Shown here: one piece after another, positions 46,849 through 55,754 of the stretch | Layout: each line of letters opens with the position of its first letter | Position numbering within the stretch: position 1 is the stretch's first letter | DNA from: Betaproteobacteria bacterium | GTDB taxonomy: Bacteria; Pseudomonadota; Gammaproteobacteria; Burkholderiales; Burkholderiaceae_C | Length of the DNA stretch: 64,000 bases | Assembly: GCA_009923505.1 (NCBI GenBank) | Contig: RFTK01000002.1 | Coordinates: 1,311-65,310 of the forward strand | Direction of reading: 5' to 3' | Notes under the pieces: generated by a model | Database searches by the model: none | Seen by the model: only the letters and a program-made list of their open reading frames with translations | What the model was told of the DNA's origin: nothing | Program-made: the position numbers and the translations under genes

Positions 46849-46924
46849 TGGCTCCCCGACCTGGGCTCGAACCAGGGACCTACGGATTAACAGTCCGGCG
46901 CTCTACCGACTGAGCTATCGGGGA
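46849..46924 (-). tRNA. trnN: tRNA-Asn (GTT)
   Basis: 76 nt: TCCCCGA/TCGGGGA acceptor stem, D arm, CTGTTAA anticodon loop, GGTTCGAGCC T arm, encoded CCA. A TATAAT lies at 46941-46936. Confidence 0.97.
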
Positions 46925-46953
46925 TCAATCGGATGATTATAACCTCATTTTTT

Positions 46954-47868
46954 TCAGCGCCCCGATGCGATAGCTCGCATGAAAGTATGGGCCGCTTCCT
47001 CGGGGTTCGGGGCACTCGTGATTGCCCGAACCACCGCCACCGAACCCGCACCGCTGGCGAGCACAGCGGGGAGTTTGTCGAGGTCGATGCCTCCAATGGC
47101 CACCAGGGGGTACTGGCGCATCAGGCGGGCATAGGCACGCAATCGGCCCGGGCCCTGCGGTGCAGTGGCCATGCGTTTGAGCGTGGTGGGAAATACCGCT
47201 CCCAACGCCAAATAACTGGGTGATACCTGATCGGCCACCACCATCTCGGCATACCCGTGTGTGCTCACGCCCAAGCGCAGACCGCTAGCCCGGATACGCG
47301 CGAGCGGTGCCTCGGCCAGGTCTTCTTGTCCGAGGTGCAAACCGTAGGCGCCAGCGTCGATCGCTTCCTGCCAATGATCATTGATGAAGAGGAGAGCGCC
47401 AGTGCCTTCTACAGCACGCACGGCTGCTTCAATTTCACGCCTGACCGCCGTTTGGTCTTCGGATTTGAAACGCAACTGAACGGTGGGTACGCCGGCTTGT
47501 GCCATGCGTCCAACCCAGGAGGCGTTTGGCAACACGGCATACAGGCCCAGTTGTTGGGGGCAAGCTGGAAAGGCATCGGGCCGAGGCCAGGGACGAAGGT
47601 CGAAATCTTGCGGTTCGTGCGGCCAGGCCTGCGGATCAAACCGTCCGGTGCGGTTGGTCTGTCGTAGCCAGGCTTGCGCCACACAGTCAGCATCCCGTTC
47701 GACAAATCCCAATCGACGGCAGGCTTGCAAGACCGCTGCATGTTCAGTGGGGAGCGCAGTGTCTGCAGCGTGCTGGGCCGCTGAAGCTGACACCGGCTCT
47801 CCGGCGGTCATGTCCAGGTGGCTTGCTACCACCGCATCGGCCAAGGCTTGGAGGGTATTCACGTCCAT
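46954..47868 (-). CDS. thiE: Thiamine-phosphate synthase with N-terminal extension
   Basis: VQLRFK, FINDHW, GLHLGQED, GVSTH, FPTTLK and VAIGGI. Confidence 0.92.
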   Translation of the reverse strand: MDVNTLQALADAVVASHLDMTAGEPVSASAAQHAADTALPTEHAAVLQACRRLGFVERDADCVAQAWLRQTNRTGRFDPQAWPHEPQDFDLRPWPRPDAFPACPQQLGLYAVLPNASWVGRMAQAGVPTVQLRFKSEDQTAVRREIEAAVRAVEGTGALLFINDHWQEAIDAGAYGLHLGQEDLAEAPLARIRASGLRLGVSTHGYAEMVVADQVSPSYLALGAVFPTTLKRMATAPQGPGRLRAYARLMRQYPLVAIGGIDLDKLPAVLASGAGSVAVVRAITSAPNPEEAAHTFMRAIASGR

Positions 47869-47879
47869 TCACCACGCCT

Positions 47880-48683
47880 TCAGGGCTGATGCCAAAAGGG
47901 CGTGCCCAGCACAGGTGTGCTGGGTTGTGCCAGATCCTGCTCGGTCATGGCGCCGGCACGGTACGCACCGCGTCCCGCGCGCACCGCGTCTGCGAAGGCC
48001 TGGGCCATGGCAACCGGGTTCAGAGCCAAAGCCACGGCGGTATTGAGCAGCACAGCATCAAACCCCCACTCCAGCACCTGACAGGCATGCGAAGGCCGGC
48101 CCAAACCGGCGTCCACGATCAAGGGCACATGGACCCGTTCCCGCAAGGTCTGCAAGGCATACGGGTTGATGGGACCTTTGCCCGTCCCGATAGGCGCGGC
48201 CCAGGGCATGATGGCCTGACAGCCCACATCGACGAGCCGTTGGCACAGCACCAAGTCGTCTGTGGTGTAGGGCAACACCTTGAAACCAGCGCGCAACAAG
48301 CGATCCGCGGCTTCGGGCAAATGCAGGGTGTCGGGTTGCAGGGTGTAGTCGTCGCCAATGAGTTCGAGCTTGATCCAGTCGGTTTCAAACACTTCACGCG
48401 CCATTTCAGCCGTGGTGATCACCTCCTGGAGGCTGTGACAGCCCGCGGTGTTGGGCAGCACGGGAACCCGGGCTTGTTTGAGCAGTTGCCAAAAGCCTTG
48501 GGCGTTGTCACCCTGCGCGGTTTGACGGCGTAACGAGGCCGTGAGCATGGCAGGTTGAGACACGGCGACCGCCTCTTGCAGCACGGCGGGCGATGGATAC
48601 CGAGACGTGCCGAGCAGCAGGCGGCTGTGGAAAGTTTCACCGTACAGGACGAGGGGATCGTCTTGGGGGGACAGGGTGTTCAT
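47880..48683 (-). CDS. thiG: Thiazole synthase
   Basis: [32 protein letters not shown] and VDAGLG. Confidence 0.95.
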   Translation of the reverse strand: MNTLSPQDDPLVLYGETFHSRLLLGTSRYPSPAVLQEAVAVSQPAMLTASLRRQTAQGDNAQGFWQLLKQARVPVLPNTAGCHSLQEVITTAEMAREVFETDWIKLELIGDDYTLQPDTLHLPEAADRLLRAGFKVLPYTTDDLVLCQRLVDVGCQAIMPWAAPIGTGKGPINPYALQTLRERVHVPLIVDAGLGRPSHACQVLEWGFDAVLLNTAVALALNPVAMAQAFADAVRAGRGAYRAGAMTEQDLAQPSTPVLGTPFWHQP

Positions 48684-48690
48684 CGTAGAG

Positions 48691-48903
48691 TCAGCCCCCC
48701 GTGATGGGGGCAATCAGTTCAATCTGGTCGCCGTCTTGAAGCAAGCGCTGAGCGTATTGTCCGCGAGGAACAAACTCCAGGTTCACCGCAGCTGCAAAGG
48801 GCGGCTGAATGCCAAACCGGTCGATCGCATCCATCAGGCATGAACCAGCAGGCACGGTGTAAGGCTGCTGGTTGATGAGGACATTCAGGTCAGTCGAGGT
48901 CAT
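48691..48903 (-). CDS. thiS: Sulfur carrier protein
   Basis: 70 aa ending in PITGG, with AAAVNLEFVPR. Nested in the 3' end of track ORF 48691-49413. Confidence 0.93.
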   Translation of the reverse strand: MTSTDLNVLINQQPYTVPAGSCLMDAIDRFGIQPPFAAAVNLEFVPRGQYAQRLLQDGDQIELIAPITGG

Positions 48904-48917
48904 GGTTGGTTGACATC

Positions 48918-50006
48918 CTACTGCGCTGTGAATGCCATGCCGAGCCTGTCGGCCAATGGGTGGATGCCGCTGTGCACCCATTCCATCACGCAGTCGGCCA
49001 CGGCCGGGGCAATCAGAAAGCCATGGCGGTACAAGCCGTTGATCTGGAGCAGACGCGGGTGGGGGCAAGTCACGGCAGGCAGGTTGTTCGCCAGGGTGGG
49101 GCGTGCCTGGGTGGCAATTTCGAGGATGCGCGCCTCGGCAAATCCCGAGTGAACGGAGTATGCGGCACTGAGCAATTCCAGCGTGGAGCGCACACTCGCG
49201 GGCGACACATCCTCGGACTCGATTTCGGTGGCGCCGATCACGAAGACATGGTCTTGTTTGGGTGCGATGTACAGCGGGTACCGCGGATGAATCAGCCGAG
49301 TGGGCCGTATCAGATTCACTTGAGGCGCATGGAGCCGTATCACCTCGCCACGAACGCCGCGCAGGCTGGGCCACTCCGACCGGGCACCCAGCCCTCGGCA
49401 GTCGAACACCCAATCGGGCTGGCCCGCTTCGCCTGGGTGGAAGTTGTCAATGTTGTGTGGGCTGTTGAAATGCAGGGCAACACCGCGTTCTTGAAGCCCT
49501 TGCAGCAAGGCTTGCAGGAGCTGCCGGTTGTCGAGCTGGCCTTCATCCGGCAGGTAGAGGCCCTGGGCAAACCGCTTGCCCAAGCCTGGCTCGAGTGAGT
49601 TGAGTTGCCGAGCATCCACGGCTTGAGCTGCGGGTAAGCTGGGCAAGTCGTGGTGGGTGCGTTGTAGCAATTGATGGAAGCGGTGGGCCTCTGCAGCGTC
49701 CTGTCGGTGCCACACTATCAAGGTGCCTTGCTGCTGAAAAAACACGGGCGCCGGTAACTCTGCCAGCAGCTGAGGCCAGGCCTTCAGCGCATGCTGCCCC
49801 ATGCGCACCACCGAGAGTTCGGTGATAGCCGATTCGGCCAGCGGGGCCAGCATGGCCGCGGCAACTCGAGCGGCAGCCCCTTGCGCATCGGCTTGGCCCG
49901 CCTCGTGAACCTCGACACGATGGCCCGCCTGTGTCAGGCGCCAAGCCAAGAGGCGCCCCATCAAGCCAGCACCCAGCACCACGCTATGAGGACGCTGAGC
50001 CATCAT
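48918..50006 (-). CDS. thiO: Glycine oxidase
   Basis: GAGLMG, AAAMLAP, RGVRGE, GATE, RP and NGLYRHGFL. Adjacent to thiS. Confidence 0.9.
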   Translation of the reverse strand: MMAQRPHSVVLGAGLMGRLLAWRLTQAGHRVEVHEAGQADAQGAAARVAAAMLAPLAESAITELSVVRMGQHALKAWPQLLAELPAPVFFQQQGTLIVWHRQDAAEAHRFHQLLQRTHHDLPSLPAAQAVDARQLNSLEPGLGKRFAQGLYLPDEGQLDNRQLLQALLQGLQERGVALHFNSPHNIDNFHPGEAGQPDWVFDCRGLGARSEWPSLRGVRGEVIRLHAPQVNLIRPTRLIHPRYPLYIAPKQDHVFVIGATEIESEDVSPASVRSTLELLSAAYSVHSGFAEARILEIATQARPTLANNLPAVTCPHPRLLQINGLYRHGFLIAPAVADCVMEWVHSGIHPLADRLGMAFTAQ

Positions 50007-50026
50007 GAGGCTTCGGTTTCAGGATA

Positions 50027-50884
50027 ATGGGTGGCATGACCACGCCCGACATCACCGTCTCCGCCCAACCCCGCTATGCCCGAGTGCTCACGATTGCAGG
50101 TTCGGACAGTGGCGGCGGTGCAGGCATTCAAGCCGATCTGAAGACCTTCGCGGCCCTGGGTTGTTATGGCATGACTGCCATCACCGCATTGACCGCACAA
50201 AACACGGTGGGCGTGCAAGGCATTCATGCCGTTCCACCGGCGTTTCTTCGATCGCAATTGCAGTCGGTCATCGAGGACATTGGGGTGGATGCAGTGAAGA
50301 TTGGCATGCTGCACGAACCCGGCGTGGTGGAGGTGGTGGCGTGGGCCATTCAGCACTACCAACTGCAGCGCGTGGTGCTCGATCCGGTGATGGTGGCCAC
50401 CAGTGGTGACCGTCTGATTGCGGATGCCACCGTGCGTGTGCTGGTGGACCAGCTGTTCCCACTGGCTACCGTCATCACCCCCAACCTGGATGAAGCGTCG
50501 CTGTTGCTGGGCAGACCGATTGCTGCGGTGAGTGATTTGTCGGGTGCTGCACAGGCCTTGTTGTCGCAAGGTGCTCGGGCGGTGTTGCTCAAGGGTGGAC
50601 ATTTGCCGGGTGACCAGGTGTTCGACGTGCTGGCCCGTCCCGGTCACGTCGATATGGTTCTGTCGAGCGCGCGCATGGCCAGCCGCAACACCCATGGCAC
50701 AGGATGCACCCTGTCGTCGGCCATCGCTGCGCACCTGGCCTTGGGGGAACCCTTGGAGCGAGCGGTGCGAGCGGCACGTCAATACATCCTCGGCGCAATT
50801 CAAGCCGGTGCAGGTGTGCAAGTGGGGCACGGGCATGGGCCTCTGAACCATGGGTACTCGCCACTGGCGACTCGCGTGATCTGA
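50027..50884 (+). CDS. thiD: Hydroxymethylpyrimidine/phosphomethylpyrimidine kinase
   Basis: IAGSDSGGGAGIQADLK, AQNT, DPVMVATSG, TPN, LKGGH and THGTGC. Start is 50027 or 50036. Confidence 0.95.
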   Translation: MGGMTTPDITVSAQPRYARVLTIAGSDSGGGAGIQADLKTFAALGCYGMTAITALTAQNTVGVQGIHAVPPAFLRSQLQSVIEDIGVDAVKIGMLHEPGVVEVVAWAIQHYQLQRVVLDPVMVATSGDRLIADATVRVLVDQLFPLATVITPNLDEASLLLGRPIAAVSDLSGAAQALLSQGARAVLLKGGHLPGDQVFDVLARPGHVDMVLSSARMASRNTHGTGCTLSSAIAAHLALGEPLERAVRAARQYILGAIQAGAGVQVGHGHGPLNHGYSPLATRVI

Positions 50885-50925
50885 CGCGCTGCTACGTAGC
50901 CCAGTGACCCAACCCTTCGGTGTGC

Positions 50926-51951
50926 TCATAACAGACCCAGCAGTTGGTGCAAACGGGGTGAGGCCGTGGTGTACTGCAAGGGGATTTTCTGACCAGGACG
51001 AAGTTGTGCCGCCGCCGCAAATGCAGCCAGGGTGGCTTCATGAAATCCGCTCACGATGAGCTTGCGCTTGCCGGGATAGGTGTTGCAATCGCCGACCGCA
51101 TAAATGCCGGGCTCACTGGTGGCGAAGCGTTCAGTGTCCACCACCACTTGCTTGCGCTCCAGAGCGGGCCCCCAGTGGCTCAAGGGACCGAGTTTGGGAG
51201 ACAGACCCAGCATGATCCACATTTCATCACAGGCCAACGACAGGGTTTCGCCGCTCGGTGTGGCCAGTCGGACATGGGTCATGACGCCATCATGGAGGTC
51301 AAGGTTGATGACCTGGCCCACCTGAAACTTGCCTTCCCCCTGCTCGCAAACTGACCGCCAGGCTGTGTTGAGCGTGTCATCCACGTCCAGGGCGTCGCGG
51401 CGGTGTACCAGGGTGACACTGGCCGCCTTGGCCTGCGCGCTTGCGAGCGAGAGGGCTGTCTGCACCGCATGGCTGTCACTGCCCACGATGACCACATGCC
51501 GATGCTGAGCCGACTCAGGTCGTGCGATGTGAAAGATTTGTCGGTTGAGCAAGCCGTCCAGTCCGGGAACGGCCAGAGTTCTGGGCAAGAAGGCGCCCAC
51601 ACCGGTGGCGATGAACAGACATGGTGTGAGCCAGGTGATCCCCTGGCTGCTGGTCACGCGCAAACGGCGATCGTCCTGGCGTTCCACCTGGGTGATTTGT
51701 TGTCCCAGGTGAAATGTGGGCTTGAAGGGGGCTGCCTGGGTGGACAGACGCTCGACCAACTCACGCCCCGTGCTGCGAGGCAGGCCAGGAATGTCATAAA
51801 TGGGTTTGTCGGCGTAGAGTTCGATGCACTGTCCGCCCACATGGGGCAACACATCGACCACGTGAGCATGAATATCCTGCAGGCCGAGTTCAAAGACCTG
51901 AAACAGCCCGACCGGGCCGGCGCCGATGATCAGGGCATCGGTCTCTATCAC
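50926..51951 (-). CDS. Thioredoxin-reductase-type ferredoxin-NADP+ reductase
   Basis: IIGAGPVG, GGQCIELYADKPIYDIPG, HRRD, AVGD and KRKLIVSGFHEA. Adjacent to the ferredoxin gene. Confidence 0.85.
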   Translation of the reverse strand: MIETDALIIGAGPVGLFQVFELGLQDIHAHVVDVLPHVGGQCIELYADKPIYDIPGLPRSTGRELVERLSTQAAPFKPTFHLGQQITQVERQDDRRLRVTSSQGITWLTPCLFIATGVGAFLPRTLAVPGLDGLLNRQIFHIARPESAQHRHVVIVGSDSHAVQTALSLASAQAKAASVTLVHRRDALDVDDTLNTAWRSVCEQGEGKFQVGQVINLDLHDGVMTHVRLATPSGETLSLACDEMWIMLGLSPKLGPLSHWGPALERKQVVVDTERFATSEPGIYAVGDCNTYPGKRKLIVSGFHEATLAAFAAAAQLRPGQKIPLQYTTASPRLHQLLGLL

Positions 51952-51966
51952 GTCACTTCGCTGTGA

Positions 51967-52293
51967 TCAGCGCTGCAGTTCAGACAACTTACCGGTTTTG
52001 TCTTTCCAGTCATCGGCGTCGGGCAAAGGTGCCTTGCGCTTGGTGATGCTGGGCCAGCCGCTGGTGGCCAGTTCGGCGTTCAGTGCCGTCATGTGGCGCT
52101 GGTCCTGTGGCAGATCTTCTTCGGCATAAATGGCGTTGACGGGACACTCGGGGATGCAGACCGCGCAGTCAATGCACTCGTCCGGGTCGATGGTGAGGAA
52201 GTTGGGGCCCTCGCGGAAACAGTCCACCGGACAGACGTCCACACAGTCGGTGTATTTGCAACGGATACAGGATTCGGTGACAACGTGAGTCAT
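51967..52293 (-). CDS. fdxA: 7Fe/8Fe ferredoxin (Azotobacter FdI type)
   Basis: [18 protein letters not shown]...[12 protein letters not shown]. Confidence 0.95.
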   Translation of the reverse strand: MTHVVTESCIRCKYTDCVDVCPVDCFREGPNFLTIDPDECIDCAVCIPECPVNAIYAEEDLPQDQRHMTALNAELATSGWPSITKRKAPLPDADDWKDKTGKLSELQR

Positions 52294-52382
52294 GATGGGG
52301 TCAGGCTATAGGATCGGAGCTAGCCTACCATTTTACGAGATTAGCCCGGTTTGCCTGGAAAGTCCGTGACGGCGGCATGAAT

Positions 52383-53675
52383 TCAGGCCCGCACCAGGGC
52401 TGCCCCCGCCGTGGCATGGGTGGCTGTGTCCACCAGCACCAGCGACCCCAGCACCCGAGACGCGTGGTAAGGGCGAGTCAGCAAGGGTTCTTGCAGGCTC
52501 AGGGTCACATGACCGATGGCGTTGGTCTCGAGTTGCTGCGCATCCTCCTCGGCCAGGGTATGAATGTCCAGTTTGTGCACCACCGCCTTCACCCGGGCTT
52601 TGACCCATCGATGGCCGTGCAGGGCCCAGTAGACCCGACCCGCCACGAGTGGCTGGTTGTCCATCCAGGCCAGGGTGACTTGCAATTCACGCTGACCTTC
52701 CAGGCCGCTGTCGTGCGCCACCAGCCAGTCGCCGCGCGAAACGTCCACCTCACGGTCCAGCACCACGCCACCGCTGTGACCGCTGAGCGACTCGCGGGCC
52801 TCGCGGGTGGCGCTGAGCACCCGTGACACGGTGGCGGTTTGTCCGCTGGGAAATACCGTCACGGCCTGTCCTGCCTGCAGGGTGCCCGAGGCCACACGGC
52901 CCCAGAACACGCGTCGGCCTTCGTGCGTCTGAGACCCATCATGAAATTTTTCCACCCACTGAACCGGGAAGGTCATGGTTTGGGCTTCATCGGCTGGGAT
53001 GGTGGGCAAGTGCTCAAGCAACGCCAGCAGGCTCGGTCCCTGGTAGCCGCACCAACCGGGTTGACGCTCCACCACGTTCCAGCCCTTGAGGGCAGACACG
53101 GGCACGATGGCCCGCACCGCGATGCCTGCCGAGGCTGCAAAGGCGGTCAAGGCCTGGTCAATGTGCTCAAAGGCTCGCGCCGGGTCGTCCACGGCGTCCA
53201 GTTTGTTGATGGCAAACACGATGGAGGGCACGCGCAGCAAGTGAGCCAGCAAGCTGTGACGACGCGTCTGGGGCAACAGTGCCAGACCCGGTTGTTGCCA
53301 GGGAAGTTTCGTGGCATCCACCAGCACCACGGCCGCATCGGCGCTCGAGGCGGCTGTGACCATGTTGCGGGTGTATTGCTCATGACCTGGTGCGTCCCCG
53401 ATGATGAACTTGCGCTGCTCGGTTGAGAAGTAACGATACGCCACATCGATGGTGATGCCTTGCTCACGCTCGGCGCTCAGCCCATCGGTCAACAGAGCCA
53501 AATCCGTTTGACCTTGCCGTTGCACACCGGCCAGGTGGTCTTGCAAGACCGCCTGGGAGTCCACCAGCAGTCGTCCAATCAGCGTGCTCTTGCCGTCGTC
53601 CACCGATCCACAGGTGATGAAGCGCAGGGCTGGTGCGGTTTGCGCCGGGGTCAGAAGTTGATCGAGGTTGGACAT
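52383..53675 (-). CDS. cysN: Sulfate adenylyltransferase subunit 1
   Basis: GSVDDGKST, EREQGITIDVAY, DAPGHEQYTRN and NKLD. Confidence 0.95.
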   Translation of the reverse strand: MSNLDQLLTPAQTAPALRFITCGSVDDGKSTLIGRLLVDSQAVLQDHLAGVQRQGQTDLALLTDGLSAEREQGITIDVAYRYFSTEQRKFIIGDAPGHEQYTRNMVTAASSADAAVVLVDATKLPWQQPGLALLPQTRRHSLLAHLLRVPSIVFAINKLDAVDDPARAFEHIDQALTAFAASAGIAVRAIVPVSALKGWNVVERQPGWCGYQGPSLLALLEHLPTIPADEAQTMTFPVQWVEKFHDGSQTHEGRRVFWGRVASGTLQAGQAVTVFPSGQTATVSRVLSATREARESLSGHSGGVVLDREVDVSRGDWLVAHDSGLEGQRELQVTLAWMDNQPLVAGRVYWALHGHRWVKARVKAVVHKLDIHTLAEEDAQQLETNAIGHVTLSLQEPLLTRPYHASRVLGSLVLVDTATHATAGAALVRA

Positions 53676-54607
53676 CAGAAGTACCCGTCCTTTTTGCGTT
53701 TTTCCATGGAGGCCTCGGAAGTCTGGTCGTCCATGCGGGTGGCACCGCGCTCGGACACTTCGGCCGCCAGGGTTTCAATCACGATGGCCTCTGGCGTGGC
53801 AGCACTGCTGGGCACCGGGCAGGTGCAGGTGATGTCACCCACCGTCCTGAAACGTACCTGGCGTGTCACCACCTCTTCGTGCTCGCGCGGCGGGGTGAGT
53901 GCAGTCACGGGGACCAGCAAGCCACGGCGCTCCACGACCTCGCGCGGGTGGGCATAGTAAAGGGAGGGTAACTCGACGTGCTCGCGGGCGATGTACTGCC
54001 AGACATCGAGCTCGGTCCAGTTGGAAATGGGAAACACCCGAAAATGCTCGCCCGGGTGATGACGGGTATTGAACAGGTTCCACAGCTCGGGGCGCTGGGC
54101 CTTGGGTTGCCACTGACCGAAGCTGTCGCGGTGAGAGAAGATGCGTTCCTTGGCCCGGGCCTTCTCCTCGTCACGGCGCGCGCCGCCAATCAGCGCGTCA
54201 AAGCGAAATTCCTCAATCGCCTCGAGCAGGGTGACGGACTGGTGCACGTTGCGCGATTCACCCGGGTGAGCCAAACGGACGGTTCCTCGCGCCATAGAAT
54301 CTTCCACGCTGCGCACAATAAGTTTAGCCCCGAGTTGCTGGGCGCGGTAGTCACGAAACGCCGTCACTTCGGGGAAATTGTGGCCGGTGTCGATCATCAG
54401 CAAGGGGTAGGGCAGGCGTCCCGCTCCAAAGGCTTTCTCGGCGCACTTGAGCATGACCAGCGAGTCCTTGCCGCCCGAGAACAGCAGGGTGGGTCGCTCA
54501 AACGAGGCTGCCACCTCGCGCAAGATATCAATGGTTTCCTCCTCCAGGGCATCGAGGTGGGCATTGCTCAGGTGGTGCAGCACAGCGGTGTCGACTCGGG
54601 CGTTCAT
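53675..54607 (-). CDS. cysD: Sulfate adenylyltransferase subunit 2
   Basis: LFSGGKDS, GGARRDEEKARAKER and VRFRTVGD. Start placed at ATG 54607. Confidence 0.95.
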   Translation of the reverse strand: MNARVDTAVLHHLSNAHLDALEEETIDILREVAASFERPTLLFSGGKDSLVMLKCAEKAFGAGRLPYPLLMIDTGHNFPEVTAFRDYRAQQLGAKLIVRSVEDSMARGTVRLAHPGESRNVHQSVTLLEAIEEFRFDALIGGARRDEEKARAKERIFSHRDSFGQWQPKAQRPELWNLFNTRHHPGEHFRVFPISNWTELDVWQYIAREHVELPSLYYAHPREVVERRGLLVPVTALTPPREHEEVVTRQVRFRTVGDITCTCPVPSSAATPEAIVIETLAAEVSERGATRMDDQTSEASMEKRKKDGYF

Positions 54608-55368
54608 GCGGGGGCTTTCTCGGAATTCTGGTTGGGGACATGGGTGGCGTGCAGACCGCATTCCTTGGCGGCCTCGTCCTCCCACCACCAGCGGCCGGCG
54701 CGGAAGTCCTCACCCAGCGAAATGGCCCGCGTACACGGGGCGCAGCCAATGCTGGGGAAAAACTGGTCGTGCAGCGGGTTGTAGTCCACACCCTCGGTGG
54801 CGATGTAGTGCCACACGTCGCCCCAGTTCCATTCCGCCAAGGGGTTGAGCTTGATGCGGCCATGGGTGGTGAGCTCGCTTTTGTCGATCATCTCCACCGC
54901 GCCTCGGTTGCTGGACTGTTCCCGGCGAAGACCGGTGACCCAGGCGCGCTGGCCTTGCAAAGCTCGACGCAAGGGTTCGAGTTTGCGTACCTCGCAGCAG
55001 GCCTTGCGCGCATCGATGCTGCGGTAGATGGCATCTTGTCCGTGATCGCGCACCCACTGGATCACGGCGCTGTGTTCAGGCCGGTAGACCTCGATGCTGG
55101 CACCTGAGTGGGCCTGGGTACGTTCCAGCAAGGCCAGGGTTTCATGGTGCAATGCGCCGGTATCCAGCACAAAGACAGGAATGTCGAGACGCAAAGCGTT
55201 GATGAGATGCGTGATCACCACGTCTTCTGCGCCCAGGCTGGAGGCCTGCTTGAGCGGGCTGAAGTCGGTGACGCTGGCGTTGAGCAGGGCGCGTGATCGA
55301 GCCAGCTTGTCCGCGAAATCGGTACTGGGGCGAGCGTGTTGTTCGGGGGCTTGAGGCGTGGGGCGCAT
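54604..55368 (-). CDS. cysH: APS reductase-type CysH ([4Fe-4S] form)
   Basis: CC pair in CCEVRK, SIGCAPCT and C-terminal KECGLH. Confidence 0.93.
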   Translation of the reverse strand: MRPTPQAPEQHARPSTDFADKLARSRALLNASVTDFSPLKQASSLGAEDVVITHLINALRLDIPVFVLDTGALHHETLALLERTQAHSGASIEVYRPEHSAVIQWVRDHGQDAIYRSIDARKACCEVRKLEPLRRALQGQRAWVTGLRREQSSNRGAVEMIDKSELTTHGRIKLNPLAEWNWGDVWHYIATEGVDYNPLHDQFFPSIGCAPCTRAISLGEDFRAGRWWWEDEAAKECGLHATHVPNQNSEKAPA

Positions 55369-55370
55369 GG

Positions 55371-55751
55371 TCAGATCTGAGCAAAACGGGGGCGTGATTG
55401 CAAGGCATCACCCTGGTAAAAACCGTCAAAGCGTTTCAATTGCTCGCGTGCCTGGGTCAATGACTGATCGGCACGCAATTCGGCGCTGGTAAAACCGGTG
55501 CGCGACATCTGCTGCACCTGGTCAATCAGCACATCGCCCACGGCGCGAATGTCGCCTTGAAAGCCCAGGCGACGGCGCAACAGCACGGCCTGGCTGTAAG
55601 CGCGGCCATCTGCAAATGTCGGGAAATGCAATTCGACACGGCTCACCCCCTCCAGGGAATAAGTGGTGGGGTCTGCGTCATTGGCCAGACGCAGCACACC
55701 AGGCGTGGGGGCTGTGTTGGCGCCGGTGCTGGAAGCGAGCAGGAGTTCCAT
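55371..55751 (-). CDS. DUF934-type protein associated with sulfite reductase
   Basis: FPTFADGRAYS, IRAVGDVLIDQ, RTGF and YQ. Located between cysI and cysH. Confidence 0.88.
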   Translation of the reverse strand: MELLLASSTGANTAPTPGVLRLANDADPTTYSLEGVSRVELHFPTFADGRAYSQAVLLRRRLGFQGDIRAVGDVLIDQVQQMSRTGFTSAELRADQSLTQAREQLKRFDGFYQGDALQSRPRFAQI

Positions 55752-55754
55752 GGT

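Larger units (their letters stand above)
45884..46893. mobile_element. Miniature integrase-less tRNA-Asn element A (1,010 bp) with two envelope-protein genes
   Basis: Bounded by the intact tRNA and att copy 2, AT-rich, end motifs shared with element B. Confidence 0.78.

Noticed and set aside
43717-46893. Classical integron
   Set aside because: I recognised no attC-type palindromes or IntI-specific insertion. Boundaries are tRNA-derived att sites, so 'integron-like' is only an analogy.
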